Notes under the pieces: generated by a model
Told to the model about the DNA's origin: nothing
What the model saw: only the letters and a program-made list of their open reading frames with translations
Database searches by the model: none
NCBI GenBank assembly: GCA_002633005.1
Contig: NMRA01001020.1
Span: forward strand, 5,222 to 69,221
Length of the DNA stretch: 64,000 bases
Reading direction: 5' to 3'
From: Phoronis australis
Taxonomy: Eukaryota > Animalia > Phoronida
In this document: one piece after another, positions 37,459-51,460 of the stretch
How positions within the stretch are numbered: position 1 is the first letter of the stretch
Layout: every line of letters starts with the position of its first letter
Position numbers and translations under genes: made by a program

Positions 37459-39323
37459 CTGAAATAAAACCACAATAATGGAGAAGAGTTATATTTAGGG
37501 AAACAACAAAACTGAGGGAGACAATGTCTTTGACAAGAATGGTCATTAAGTACAGCGAGAAATATGAATTAGCAGTTAACCATATAAAACACATTTTGGT
37601 AACACACAAGTCAATGCCAAGTCTGAAGAAATATCAGGAACAATCATTTTAAATTTGACATCAGTGAGTAGAAGGAAAGGTGGGAGGGAAGGATGAATAG
37701 AGATAGAGAGGCCGGTGTAGAGCAAGGGAGGGAGAGGGAGCGAGTTTTACATCTTGCTGAAATGACAATAACACTAGAAACAAACAAACACATTTCATAA
37801 TAAGAAAGCCTATACTTTTTGCTATAAAATTACATAATCAGAACATAACGTTTGAGATGTAATTTTACTTGAAGTTGCTATCCCTGGAATAATCTTTAGT
37901 GATCTACAATTTAAACCACCATTTTGTACAGAGGAGAGCAACGGCAAACAAAAGGTCCGAAGAAGACTGACATTTGTTTTATTTCTATATGTTTTATTTT
38001 GCTATTCTCTATTTGTTTTCTAGAAGATTGTGCTTGATTGACATGACCCATGAGGTCAAGTGATGATGTAAGTTGTTTACAATAGCACACTAGACAACAT
38101 TCTAACACGTTCCAGCATATTAGTGACAAATATAGAACCAAATCAGTTTTTGGCCACAATAAGATCAAAAACCGGACGATAGCTGCACAAATAAAGTTGT
38201 AAAGAAATTGTTGTAAATATGATCCTGATGATGTCTAATGAAAACACGAAACGTTGAATTGAACATGAACTTTTTTATTTGTGCGGCGATCGTCCGGTTT
38301 TTAATATAGAACCAGTGGTCTGGAACATTATCGAGTATATGTGTTTGTAGAATGATTGGGTAGATTCTAGAAAGTTCAAGATTGTGGTCTAAGAGGTGAC
38401 AGGAACATGGATTCCACAATGTCGCAAGTGGTGCCGTGCGGTCACGCCAAGGTGATTATTTCTATAGACTCTGAGAGATCCCAAGTCAGAGTCAGTGGAG
38501 ATGACATTTTCTGAGTGTCAGTAATATATGGCCAGGCTATAGAAATTCAATTATCACCCAAGTTGTTTTTAGCTGAATGGCTCCATCGAGTTTACAGTCA
38601 TTTAGCTTTTCCAACCCCGACTCAAAAGTCCTGGGACACCCTCGCATATTCCCCAGTGATAAAATATATTTCATTTACAAGAAACACAATCAAATGTAAC
38701 TTTTGTCTCAAATCTGCCACTACCACATAGTTCTTGGGAGAATACATTGTTTGAGTAATGTTAATAGGTAAAAAAACTGCCATATTTGACAAAGATTAAT
38801 AGGATTAAAGATGAAAAACAGGTTTTCATCATGGGATGTCATAGTACCCAGACCTAACCAAAATCAAGGACAGTCGTGTTCTTTTCAATACAACATATAT
38901 GCCAACTTTCATTACGTTTTTGGCAGGATTGGCGGATAGAGAGGTGGATGACAAAAAAGACTTGAAAATCTTAAAAATGGTCACTAGGTGGAACAGAATA
39001 CGTCAAATCCATCAACAAATAAAAAGGTATAGTGCATTTGCCAAATTTTATGAAAATTGATCACACAAACACGAAAAACAAATTTTGCCACTAGAGGGCC
39101 CAGCAGTGACTGAATCAGTCCAAAATCCATTTTCTTTCTTTAGCATCACAGGAACATATTTTCTAAATCTTGCGAAGATCCTGTAAATACAGTAGCAGAC
39201 TGCAGATGCCTAGACAGAGATGATGGAAATGTGGATATGTGGGTGCATGTAACAATTTTGTAAAATTTTGGAGAGTATTCTTTAGCTGTGAGAAAACACC
39301 CTTTTAGGCGTCACTTTTCATAA

Positions 39324-39890
39324 GGGCTGTTCCAGTAAAATCTGTACGGGAGGGGGGACGGCACCTTTTTTCGAACCCACCACCCATATTTTTCATTTAT
39401 TTCTTCAGCCTACCACCCGTAATTTTTTATAAGTTTGAAATGCAACCACCCGTAATTTTTTTTGTTTGTGTGGTTGACTGCACAGGTGCTTGAGTTTATC
39501 TGTTCCTCCATAGCCACTAACGTCATTCATTACTAAGAAAACATATGTTTCTTATATATGGTGATTAGCCATCGAGAAATTCGAGCACCTGTGGTTAAAT
39601 GGTGTTACGGGCATGCCAATGAGGAGATCGGAGGGAGTGAAAAAGTCAGAGCTTTTTGCAAGTTGCATTTTTCTTTCAGTTTTTGATTCTGTGCGGATTG
39701 TTTATAAAATTTACTAAAATTACCCACCATCAAACATTTATGGCCCAATGAAACAACAACGACCTGTATTTTTTTATTTTTTTGAAGTACGACCACCAAC
39801 CATTTTGAATTTAAATCAAACGCAACCACCCATAAATTTTTATTTCAGTTGCCTTCCCCCCCTCCCACACAGATTTTGCTGGAACAGCCA
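39324..39890. mobile_element. PIF/Harbinger-type MITE (TAA TSD)
   Basis: TIR gggctgttccagtaaaatctgt / acagattttgctggaacagcc, with TAA on both sides. Confidence 0.8.
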
Positions 39891-41583
39891 TAATAACCTC
39901 TTCTATAGGAATACCTTTCGAGCTGACATGGCATGAATTTGGCTAACCATTATAATTATTATTATTACTATTACTACAACAAGTGCTGTTTCAAAAGAAT
40001 TTTAATGGGGTTCTTAAGTTCAACCTTAACGATAATGTGAGAAACGTTTTGATAGCTGTGGATGTAGAGTAGGCCAACTTTTTGGAAACGAGGAGGTTGA
40101 GATTTAAATTCTTGTTTAGACATGCACCAACTTCAAAAATTGATTATTTTTTAACTATTGGCAAGCTCGGAAGTGTTTGTAATACAGCTATATCCTTCTG
40201 TAGTTTGCCATGAAGAACTGAATTCAGACTATAATCTTTTACTTGGGACTTACATCTAAATGTGAGGATATCCACAATGTTATCATTTTTTGTCTCTTGC
40301 TGAAAACAAATTTCCTTCTCAAAGAACTGGGGCTCCTTCTATGATGATTTGTAACTTAGTCAAAAATTGCCTTTAGTTGAACTCTGGAGACAGGCATTTT
40401 TTCAAGAACTGGCGGCTAGTCAGCTATGGCTGCGGTCACTGTGTCATTAAAATAGCTGGTAACGGACAAACGAAACATCCAACAATTTTATGTGGAATTG
40501 ACCCCCTATATTCTTAAAAGAATACAGTAAGGGATTGGTACTAGGTTTCGTTAAAAGTGTTGTATGGAACAAAAACGGCCAACGTCAAAATCAGCGATGG
40601 CTTTAAATATGCGGCGCAAGTTTTTTATGCAATGTAGCAAAGGGTTTATACACCAAATTCCCTTGTCTGCCTAAAACCACGTATGTTGTTGACAACGAGC
40701 TGCGACACAAAAAACAGTGCCTCGTGAGACACGTGGGTTCACATCTTTTAATAGAATGTCCTATCTTTGTCTTTTTACATATATACTTCAGACTAACGAA
40801 CATTGATAAAATAACAATCGTATGGTAATTGCTATTTTAGCTTAAAAGATAATTTGAAGAGAAGTTGCATGTTTTTGTAGTCTGTGGGAATGGTCCCCTT
40901 CATAAGAAACTTGCCCCATACAGTGGTGAGACGTACTTCGTCAATAGATTTTTACTACTAAATTGGTAGACAGAACCCGTCACAATCAGAAACTTTGATC
41001 TAGCTCCTTTTGTGTGGAGCAGGTCAATTACCGCATCAGCGATGACTTCAAGGCAATAAAACACTGACTGAAATAGATCAAACTATTGTGGACTAACGGG
41101 TGATTTTTCTATGAAATTGGCTTCTGAAATTGAAGTCTCCATGAACAATTTTGTTGTGGTCATTTTTTCCCGAAGAGATACAATAAATTCTGGCCAAAAT
41201 ATGGAATTGCTTCTGTTTTGCTTACCAAGGGAAGTCTGTAATGCCAGTTACACACTTGGTTTATGACCTGTGAGCGCCAACAAAAGATTGCAAGAACACT
41301 TCAACAATAAACTTGTAACCTGATCCTGAAAACTGCTTTCGTCTGGAGTTGAAACTGTACAGGGTACACTTCTGACTATACCAAGAAACCATTCGTGTTA
41401 AAAAACAATGGAAAGCACATGGGGACACATCTATAAATTAGAGCTGGACAGAATTTCATTCAAACAATCTGACATAAAATGTAACAACTCGTTACAGTTT
41501 AGAAGAGGCCTAGCACCATCAAATTAACATTTTACGAAATTGTTACATCGTATCAGAGCATAAATGAGTGGAAAAAAGTAAGC

Positions 41584-42000
41584 ATTGTACAACATGTGTA
41601 AGGACACTGTGTACAGGTCACATTATACAACATGTGTAAGGACACTGTGTACAGGTCACATTATACAACATGTGTAAGGACACTGTGTACAGATCACATT
41701 ATACAACATGTGTAAGGACACTGTGTACAGTAACACATTGTGCAACATGTGTAAGGACACTGTGTACAGTAACATTGTGCAACATGTGTAAGAACACTGT
41801 GTACAGGTCACATTATACAGCATGTGTAAGGACACTGTGTACAGATCACATTGTACAACATGTGTAAGGACACTGTGAACAGTAACACATTGTACAACGT
41901 GTGTAAGGACACTGTGCACAGTAACACATTGTACAACATGTGTAAGGACACTGTGTACAGCAACACATTGTACAACATGTGTAAGGACACTGTGTACAGT
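41584..42000. repeat. Minisatellite, ~35-bp unit x ~12 (cattgtacaacatgtgtaaggacactgtgtacagtaaca)
   Basis: Direct tandem repeats; explains the spurious repetitive ORFs at 41656-42056. Confidence 0.95.
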
Positions 42001-42252
42001 ATGACATTTGAGGTACCTTTTCCCAAAGTTAAAGATTCTACCATACCCTGAGTCACCCTATCAAGAAATTTAAATGATCTCAGATATTCTGAAAGCGAGT
42101 TGAATGAGCATTGCGCTTGATGTGCAAAACCTGCTGTATTGGCTCTACAATTTAACTATGAAATACCTGTAATGGATCACAAATTTTCACTTTTGTTCAT
42201 TTAATTCATCCCAACCTTGATACTTTCTACCGACAAATATGCAACAACTCAC

Positions 42253-42477
42253 CGGAAGAAATCACAACACCATGAACTTGTACTTCACACAGCGCGAGGA
42301 CCCCATCTTCATCGAGAATCTGTATATACAAATAGCGCCCAAACACTGGATGACTACAGGTTATACGTAGTGTGTCTCCTGTACTAGCACGTCCTGGGTA
42401 GCGACTACACTGTTGGGATGGGGCAGATGGGCTTGAGGTGTTGGTTACCTTGACAACAAAGTTATGGAGCCGCTCAC
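42253..42477 (-). CDS. F-type lectin gene, exon encoding the C-terminal half of domain 1
   Basis: AG/GT bounded, open: (G)ERLHNFVVKVTNTSSPSAPSQQCSRYPGRASTGDTLRITCSHPVFGRYLYIQILDEDGVLALCEVQVHGVVISS. The phase-1 donor is compatible with the acceptor at 37458. Confidence 0.88.
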
Positions 42478-44734
42478 CTATTGAAATAAGAACAGACAGA
42501 CATCAAGTGTGAACAGCAAGTCAGTGAAAACACAGCAGATCGGTCTAGAGGCCATGAAAAGGGCATATACCAGTGATGTCTTTTTGGTCAAGTACTTCAG
42601 TAGTGAAAGGATCTACCCCCAAATTAGCCTAAGCTCATTTTGGTGTTTTTCTTGTTTTTAGATTCATGTAATTCGCAGAGGCTATCTATAAGACCAACAT
42701 CAAAAACGAGAATGGGAAACATAAATCGTGAATTTCCAACCCTTCGCCGAGGAGCACTTCACAAAAAAATCTTCACACAACATGCAATCAATGGCAAAGG
42801 CACAAAAACACACTTACTGTTGAAATTTCATATAGCTGTTAATGGGATCAAATAAAAGTGTATAACTTCTAGGATCCCATTCTGCCACGCAGTTGGCTTA
42901 AATCAGTTTGAAACTTCGCTGCGTGGAGTTTTAAGGTAACCGTCCAAACTTGTGTGTGCAAAATGAGCGAGTTGATAGAGACAACTTAAGTAAGTTTCAA
43001 TAAAAAACATTTTTTCAAAAAATAGGTTTTAATGGTATGGAAAACCTTCACGGCAAAATCCTTGTACCAATCACATATCCAAGTTGTGCTTTAGTAGCCT
43101 TATTTATTACTAAGAGTTAAGTAACAGTGTATTCATAATACCCAACCAGTACCATTTACTAATTGTTGGCTTTGGCACCCACAACTAAAGCTCCCACCTT
43201 CCGTATTATAAAATTGAAAGCCTTTAATTCAAGCAATACACAGAATCACAAGAACAGTAAGAGTTCATTGTAAACAATCGACTTAACAGACTTGTATGCA
43301 GTTGGAGCCCTTAAAGAAATCGTCCAGCAGCTAAAACACTTTTTTGACACCAGGAAAGTATGTATTGTTCATACAAAATGTTGTTTTTGCTTCTTACATA
43401 CCACGGAAAGTAATTAATTGCAACGCAAATTACACTGCTCATAATTCGTAGCCCCTTCAAGAGCCCCAGAAAAAATCTCAACCAATCAGCGTAAAGTAAT
43501 GTTGTGTTGCAAGATTGAGAATTCACTTGAGAATGAAACAAGTATGTTTCGAAATATCGTGTCTTTTAATTATGTCGATAGGTCAGTTACTGTATCTATG
43601 TTCAGTTGAGAGTAGAGTTTTGTTCAGAAAGTATGAACGCAACGGAATAAAGACCATGAACAATGAAAAGTGTCGTGCATTTAACAAATTCTGTATAACA
43701 GAAAACTTGCTCCCGAAGTACAGTCAGTTGACAAGATTAGAAAAAGTAAAACTGATCCTTGGGTGTCTACCCATTGTTTAGTCAAAGAACGACACCTAGC
43801 GGTATAAAATCACCAAGACTTTACAAGGTTCTAGTCAGGCCTAATTTCAAGTAACTGTGATCATACATGTGTTAATTGTTAATGTAAAATAAAACCAATC
43901 ATCTGTCCTGCTTTAGTTTCTTGGCATGTAAAGAGCTCCCAGAATGTTAATGTTACAGATCATGCTTCACGCACAAAATTGACAGCTAAGACAAGCCAAC
44001 TGGTAGAAGTATGGCATTCTCCCGTTGAGTCTAACTTGTTCGGTTGTATACCACAACAACAAGTTGGGCGGATGACCATTGTAGCCTGTACTGAGTGATT
44101 AAGTACATTCTGGCCAGCTCTCTTTTGTTCGATAATTGCGCTAATCTCGCATAAGATCCTATCTAGCATGACTGGGCTGTGCTGTTAAAAATAAAAGTTG
44201 AGTTAGCTGTTTAATGTTTGAACATAAGGCAATAGCATTTCTGAATTCCTCGTCAAATGCTGATTATGTTTAGGTTTTGAATGACCAAAATCACCCCAAA
44301 TACAACTGAAGTTAAGACAATCTATTCTGTCCTAACATACCAACGCACTGGGTTTGACTGTGTTAACATGTGGTTGGTAATAAGCTTGGTAGATAATTGG
44401 CCCGCATGTTGTCATACCAGACAAAAGACTGTGCTTGGTAGTTAACCAAGGAGATAGATAATATCAGTACCTAGTCACTGAACAGGAGAACACCCTAATG
44501 GTACAAACTTGTTGAGCCTGATCTGAACCAATGACCTGACTGGTCAAGTCCAGCTATCAGCTCTAATTTGAGTAAGGAACAATGTGAGACCAATTTCATG
44601 ACCCACACCATTACACTAAATCACAACTTATTTTTTATGAATACACATTTATAGCAACTCTAAGTCGGTATATAAAAATTAGCTTTAGTGAATTGTGACT
44701 TCATCAAAACACTTCAAATGAAGGTAAAACTTAC

Positions 44735-44938
44735 CACAACAGCCACCTCGGTTCACTATAGTAACATCAGAAATAGAGTACACAGCTAACAGGTCCACTC
44801 TCCACCAGGGGTCCTTCTCATCAACTGTGTGAGCACAGTAGGTGTAGTGTTGTGTCAGGTCCCCATCCACAGCTTTTGAAGATGTGAGACCTAGATATGT
44901 GCTGGACTGTTGAGTTGGTTTGTTAGCAGCGATATTCA
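44735..44938 (-). CDS. F-type lectin gene, exon encoding the N-terminal half of domain 1
   Basis: AG/GT bounded, 204 bp: NIAANKPTQQSSTYLGLTSSKAVDGDLTQHYTYCAHTVDEKDPWWRVDLLAVYSISDVTIVNRGGCC. Confidence 0.92.
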
Positions 44939-46874
44939 CTGAAATAAAACCACAATAATGGAGAAGACTTATTTTTAGAGAAACAACAAAACTGAGGAGA
45001 CAATGTCTTTGACAAGAATGGTCGTTAAGTACAGCGAGAAATATGAATTAGCAGTTAACCATGTAAAACACATTTTGGTAACATAGAAGTCAGTGCCAAT
45101 CTGAAGAAATATCAGGAACAATCATTTTAAATTTGGCATCAGTGAGTAGAAGGAAAGGTGGGAGGGAAGGATGAATAGAGATGGAGAGGCCGGTGTAGAA
45201 CAAGGGAGGGAGAGGGAGCGAGTTTTACATTTTGCTGAAATGACAATAACACTAGAAACAAACAAACACATTTCATAATAAGAAAGCCTATACTTTTTGC
45301 TACAAAATTACATAATCAGATCATAACCTTTGAGATGAAATTTTACTTGAAGTTGCTAGCTCTGAAATAATCTTTAGTGCTCTACAGTTTAAACCACCAT
45401 TTTGTACAGAGGAGAGCAACGGCAACCAAAGGGTCCGAAGAAGACTGACATTTGTTTCATTTCTGTATGTTTTATTTTGCTATTCTCTATTTGTTTTCTA
45501 GAAGATCGCGCTTGATTGACATGACCCGCCATGAGGTCAAGTGATGATGTAAGTTGTTTACAATAGCACACCATGCAGACAACATTCTAACACGTTCCAG
45601 CATATTAACGACAAATATAGAACCAAATCAGTTTTTAGCCACAATAAGATCAAAAACTGGACAATCGTCGCACAAATAAAAAAGTTGTAAATAAATTGTT
45701 GTAAATATGATCCTGATGATGTCTAATAAAAAGACGAAACATTGAATCGAACATGAACTTTTTTATTTGTGCGGCGATCATCCATTTTTTAATATTATAT
45801 TAATAAACTAACAGTATACATGAATCTAAAGCTGATGTACCTGCACAAGTGTTCACAGAGACTGTAGGTTGGAGCACAGGCACCTTTAAGTAGCAGTCTA
45901 CAATATATATACTGGGGAGCCCAATGTTCGTCCGCCTAAGCATAAAACCGACTTGCTGTTGTACTCACCGAATTATTCCACTTCAAAGTTATGATCTGAA
46001 TAGGATTCGATTTAACTCTCACAGATATACCGCATTCATCGATTCGGAAGTTTTCTTTAATTTGTGCCGAGTTATTTCAAATGTGCACTGCCTTCGGCAG
46101 CCATTTTATTGTGACACCTAAGTTCGTCATATGCTGCCCCCTTTTGTAAAAACTGAGAAACATGCAGAAAAAGGCCAACGAAGTAATGAAAATTGCAACA
46201 GCCTGTTTTTATTGACATAAACTCGATTTGAAGCTTTGATGTTGAGCTCTGCACTGTGGTTTCCAATAAAAGCCAATTGGACAACATTTCAATGCAGTTT
46301 AATGGTGAACGTGAGGCAAAAATGTTAAGAACCCAGCGTATCGCATTTGTCTGCGGATTTTTCCTTTGGCCTTCTAGATCCTACTAGTGCCTGGGACAAA
46401 CAGATACATTGCATAAACAAACCCTGGATCATGTTTTGTGTCCCGTCGGAAGAAAATTTAAATTCGAAAACATCTTCTGAAAACGCACAAAAAAGTGTAT
46501 TAGTAAAATCTACTGATTTTTAAGTGGTTTTAAAAAACAATCGGTAAACTCACCGATTTCTGTCTCATTACTTTGATACGTGTCTCTTCCGATAAGTTAG
46601 TACCTAACGTGCAGACGAGAACTCCAAATTGGAACGCTAAGTCCCGCGTGGTTGCGCTGCACGCGAAACAAGATGGCGGACGAACTTTGGAGCCTGACGA
46701 AAATAGGTAACCGGACGATATTGTAGAGGGCTACTTAAAGGTGCCTGTTAGAGGCTGCCATATTGAGAACAGCCAGTGCCACCTATAGATGAACAGTGAG
46801 CCCTCTAGTGGCAGTACCAATATTGTCTATCTTCCCCCAACTCATTGGAGCACTGAGTCCGGCAGCGACAGTGG

Positions 46875-49800
46875 CTAGGTCCGTCCGAAGGCGGAGGAAA
46901 TTAAACCTGGGGAACGGAATGTTACGATGAAGTCCTTGATGGGGCGGCCAAACACGCACTCAGCGGGTGACATTTTTGTGTCTTTGTCAGGGGTATTCCG
47001 GTACTGCCGCATGGCACGCTGAAAGGCATCCGTAGCCAGTTCGCCATCATCGGTGCCGGTGTTGTCAGTGACGAGTCTCTTCATAGCAGTCTTCACACCG
47101 ATATCGGCGTCGTGGTCGAGCAGAACTCTGGGCCGCCGTCGCTCGAGATGGGTTTTCTGGTATACCGAAAGTAAGGGTATCCACCAAAAGCCATCCGAGA
47201 CGGAGTGGGCCCTTTCCACAGTCCGAGCCAGTTCAGTGGAGTATCTGTCAAATATGACTAGATAATGGGCACCTTTGTAGGTGAAGAAATCTGCACAAAC
47301 GCTCTGAAAAGGGTGCACCGGTTAGGTTGGTGGCATTAGCCATCCGGTTGCAGTGGTTACAGTTGTCTCTGCGGTTTGCAATGTCTACAATGATGCCAGG
47401 CCAGAAGACGGCCGGCTTCAGCACGAGCCAGCATGGACGATACATCCTGGTGAGCAGAGTGCAGGGTGTCCAAAACAGCGGATCGCAGCTTGGGAGGGAT
47501 CACGATGCGGTCCTTGTAGATGACAACACCATCAACGGCGTAGAGATGCTCTCGAAACTGATTATAAGCAAGCACTTGGGAAGCTCCGACTGTTTATTCG
47601 GTAGACAGCACTCAACATGGGTCAACAGGGCACTCATCGCGGGGTCACTGCTTGTCTAATCGCGTACCTTGTCCCATGTAATGCAGTCCGGTGAGGTCAA
47701 AGTCCAGACGGCTGAGTTCCATAACTGTTCCTCGATGGATGGCAACTGACTGGAGGTGGGACTCGGAGGGTCGCCATGACATGGTAGCTGCCCTAGGGTG
47801 CAGCGTGAGGTAGGGGCGAGACACAGCTGTCTGAAGATAAACAAGCAGAGTCATAACCCGTGATGTTGGCAACGTCATCCGGGAGGGGACGTCGCACCAC
47901 TGGTCCTGATGGGCGCCGGGACGTTGCATCTGCTGCTTTGTGATGGGCACCAAGTACATGCATGACCTTGAAGCGGTACCGAAGCGTCTTTTCCTTCAGG
48001 TTCCTGATGCGGGGGTTTGGTATATCTTCGAGGGAGCAGTCTGTGAAAATCTTGACCAGCGGCTTTTGGCCAAGGACAAAGTAACGAGCTTTGTCGAAGG
48101 CATCAGCAACGGCGAGCGCTTTGCCCTCTGTCGGAGCGTACCGGGACTTAGCGGGGTGGGTGAAACGGCTCCCGACGAGAGTTGCCTTCCAGCCTGAGCG
48201 ACAGAAAACGGGATGAGGCGCTGACATGTGCTTTTGCAAGAGCCAGAAACCAATGCCCTCTTTATACCAATCAGTGGCAAGGCACGTCGGTAGCGATTTG
48301 TCAAATATACGCACCCCGTGCTCAATGTCTTGAACGATGACTCTTTTCGATTCGTCTAATAAGGACTGTAGCTGGTCCGTCCATACAAATGGTGTGTGGA
48401 GCTTCAGCAAGTCACGAAATACTTTCATGCAGTCAGCCATGCTAAAGGCATACGATACCTGGTTCAGGAGGCCGTCAGGCGCATGTCAGTAAGTGACTGT
48501 GGGGTGGGGAAGTCCAGGATTGTGCTAAGGAACGCCCTGCAGGGACGAACAGAGTCTCAAGTGATCTCAAATCCAGCAAACTCGACCGAGTCCCGGCCAA
48601 AGGTAAACTTGTCCGGGTTGAGTATGATTCCATTATTTCCACAGAGCTCGAGCCATTCGCAGGCCTTGAAAACCTTTCCACCAGGGTGTCTGCCCAGAGC
48701 AAAGTATCATCTTCGTCTTCTTCTGTATATGCGCGACCAGCTTATCAAAGCGGGGGTGTACGCATTGTCAGATGCTATGTATCCTGGGGGGGCACACGGT
48801 ATCGGTATCGACCCCATGGGGTGATAAAGGTGGTGAAATGACGGCCTTTCCGACAAATAGATACACTGTGATAGCCGTTTCAAGCGTCGAAGACTGTTTT
48901 TTTCGTCTTCGGTGGGACCGATCTGGCCTGGTGGAATGGGGACGGGGTATGATGTGTCTCTCGCAAGGCTTACTTATTGAGTGGCTGGAAGTCGACGGTT
49001 CGGTGGTGGCGTTTCGGGCAGGAGTAAAGCGAGGCTGTCTCGGGACTGTCAGCAGTATGTTACGGAGCAGTCGGCGTCGGGTTGGGCATGTTCTGTCCTG
49101 AGTTGCAGAACTCACCGATTGTCGGGAAGTGCGCAGAGATTATGCCAAGGGCTACGCATGCTTATCGGCTCAGGAACACTGCTTGATGAGGCCGTGATGT
49201 AGACCAGGTGGCGTGTTTCTCGCGCCTTACTGTCGTTATTGCAACAGTGAAAGCGTATGGGAGTCGCGCCAATGATTGGTATGCATTCGTTGTTGGCTGC
49301 GTGCATTTGCATATGCACGGGATGAGGTCGTGATTCGTGAGTCCGAGCTGAAGTGAGATGCCAATACCAGCTCGGCAGCTCTGGCACCCTGTATCCGCCA
49401 TGCAAGAGACTTCAGTAGTGGTTGGGCAAGAGGACAGCTGGTGTGACAATCCCAAGCGGGCATAGCCCTCGGTACAGACAGATGCCTCTAACCTGGCGAA
49501 GGGTTAGGGTTTTGCGGGTCAGGTTGTCATACAGGTGGTGGTCCAGGCAGAGTGTGGGCTGAGATGACTGCTGTGTTGAGGTGGGTGCATGCAGGCCACA
49601 TAGGGCGTTAAAGACGGCGTTCCCAGCAGATGGCATGGGCTTGCTGCTGCGGCAGACAGACTCGAAGTGGTTTTTCTTTGTATCGTGTTCATGTATGGCC
49701 ATGGGCGGGGCAGTCTTCTTTGCGAGTGTGGCATGGCTGTCGGCAGTTTTTGCACGCAGGGAACTCTTTGTGCATGAAGGGACCAGGATTGATGGCTGGG

Positions 49801-50250
49801 GGCCTCTTGTTTTCCTATATGCACTTGCCTCGTGCAAACGGGAGGCTGACCGCTTGCCGAATTCCTTGGCTTCGATGAGGCGCCGTGAACATGAACAGGC
49901 AACGGAACGTATGGATAGTTCTTTAGTAAGCCGCAATTCGTCAGAGAAATCATTGTCTACGAGAAGCCGGCCACAGACACGGAGATGTTTCACGGCCTCA
50001 TACTTGCTATCAACAGCCTACCTTTCATTCTTCACTACCGCGAGCCACTTCCTAAGCATTTCGGGCTCTCGAGGAAGTCCAAACAACGATATACCCGCTT
50101 TCTTCGCAGCCTCATAGTTCGGACAAGCGGGAACGATGCACCGCAATATAGCGGCATTCACTCTGCAGACGAACCACTGTCGTCGCTGCGTCGTTTCTCA
50201 CCTTCCTCACAGGTTAACGCGACACCTCTTGGCAAGGTGAGGTAGACCGT
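46875..50250 (-). mobile_element. Degenerate Ty3/Gypsy LTR retrotransposon (gag-PR-RT-RH-IN), many frameshifts
   Basis: Protease ADTGCQSC; RT TFITPWGRYRY; RNase H TCLATDW..GIGFWLLQK...GSRF...SRYAP.EG.ALAVA; integrase LHSAHQ, FWPG, PFQSVCADFF, QYRNTPD..SPAECVFGRPIKDF. Domain order is Gypsy. Confidence 0.9.
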
Positions 50251-50319
50251 TTAAGAGGCGATGTGGAAGTAGACCGATTAAGACGGTAAAAAAGACCAAT
50301 TAAATCGGGTTGCATGCTC

Positions 50320-50649
50320 CTTTTAATCGTGGTGGTGCAGTGGTAAAGCATGCGCGCTCTATCCGCTGGGTCGTGAGTTCGAGTCTGTGGTACTTGCAGT
50401 TTTTCGTGTTTGACACGTTCTCCGTTTTTTTTTTTTTGGCCTTTTTTTCTTGGATAATACTTCGGGAATCAAGGAAAATGCTTGATTTTCAGAGGAAAAA
50501 ACAGAAAAATGTCCTGGGTGGAGGGGGGGCAAACTCGTCTCCCGACCTCCCCCCATTCGGTGCTATGCGTATCTACAATCGTGCTTTGAGCAAACGTTTT
50601 CAAACAAAATGTTGGGCCCACCCTTGTGATATCCTAGATTCGCCAATGC
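50320..50649. mobile_element. Partial MITE (family of 13442-14000) including the tRNA-like segment
   Basis: Colinear similarity with 13680-14000. Confidence 0.75.
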
Positions 50650-51460
50650 ACTCACTCAGCTTTTTGTGGAGCCGGTAGAAAAAAGGCTGCTGACGACCAG
50701 AGAAAGAAGGAAAGGAGTTCCCAGAAGGGCAAAACTGTGGAAGAGGTTGAAGTAGGTGGATCATCTGCAAAGATTGAGAGCATTGCCACCTTCTTGAAAT
50801 CCCAACAAACAAGCTCTTCTGTTTGTTTCTCGATTACACTATGAAGGTGTATGATGGTGTACTCTTGAAGCTCCATTCCGAAGAACCACTTATCCGTGAA
50901 CTCAGGGACTGTCTTGTTGGCCTTGTGAGGGCTTTGTATAGCAGGTTCTTGAAGCCGGTTGCTGTTGCTGATAAATCTCTGTCACAGGTCAACTTCGCAG
51001 ATCGAGCCAACCAGAAAAGTGATGCAGATATTTTGATTGGGCAGCAGGTCCCTGACTTTATTGAGCACAATCGTCTGTGAAGTAAGGGCAGTGAAGAATT
51101 CTTCGATCGTGTGCGACAGTATTTTGAAGTTGCGTGCATGTTCTTGGTAAGCAAGCTGCTATTTGATGACACATTGCATGTTCCGAGCTGTGAAGAAAGT
51201 AGCTTCTGAAAGAAGGGAACATCTGTTTTTGCCGCGTTATTCCAAAGACTGACAATGTCTTGTGGAAGGAACCATGGAATTTATACTGGAAGATGTATAG
51301 TTTTTTGCGGCCATGGCGACTGCACTGACTTCGTAACATGTTGAGCTGATGGTAATACTCAATGTTTTTTCACAGACAGTACGGTGGTGGGTGTTCTCAT
51401 ACACTTGCAATGAATAATAATTCAAAACTTTCGTGAATGGTTTAGAATATATCGACTGCT
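50650..51460 (+). pseudogene. Probable hAT-like transposase C-terminal fragment
   Basis: FLDYTMKVYDGVLLKLHSEEPLIREL...SRFLKP...ILIGQ...EFFDRVRQYF...LVSKL resembles the helical insertion region of hAT-like transposases; stops present. Family assignment by eye. Confidence 0.5.

Larger units (their letters stand above)
29780..38307. repeat. Intragenic tandem duplication unit A (partner 41249-45795), containing F-type lectin domain 2
   Basis: Colinear similarity: 29780-31270~41249-43297 and 36310-38307~43728-45795. Confidence 0.9.
41249..45795. repeat. Intragenic tandem duplication unit B, containing F-type lectin domain 1
   Basis: See unit A. Confidence 0.9.

Noticed and set aside
39980-41240. 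Decayed DNA transposase on the minus strand
   Set aside because: Coding-like texture, but no motif could be confirmed by eye.
41584-42056. CRISPR-like regular 35-bp repeats and repetitive Cys/His ORFs
   Set aside because: Units are directly adjacent with no unique spacers, there are no cas genes and the context is eukaryotic; it is a minisatellite.
45960-46120. Extra lectin-gene exon (minus-strand GTGAGT donor at ~45968)
   Set aside because: No lectin similarity and no convincing in-frame acceptor; more likely part of a repeat.
47053-50245. Plus-strand ORFs of 70-178 aa
   Set aside because: Antisense shadows of the GC-richer Gypsy pol/gag on the minus strand.
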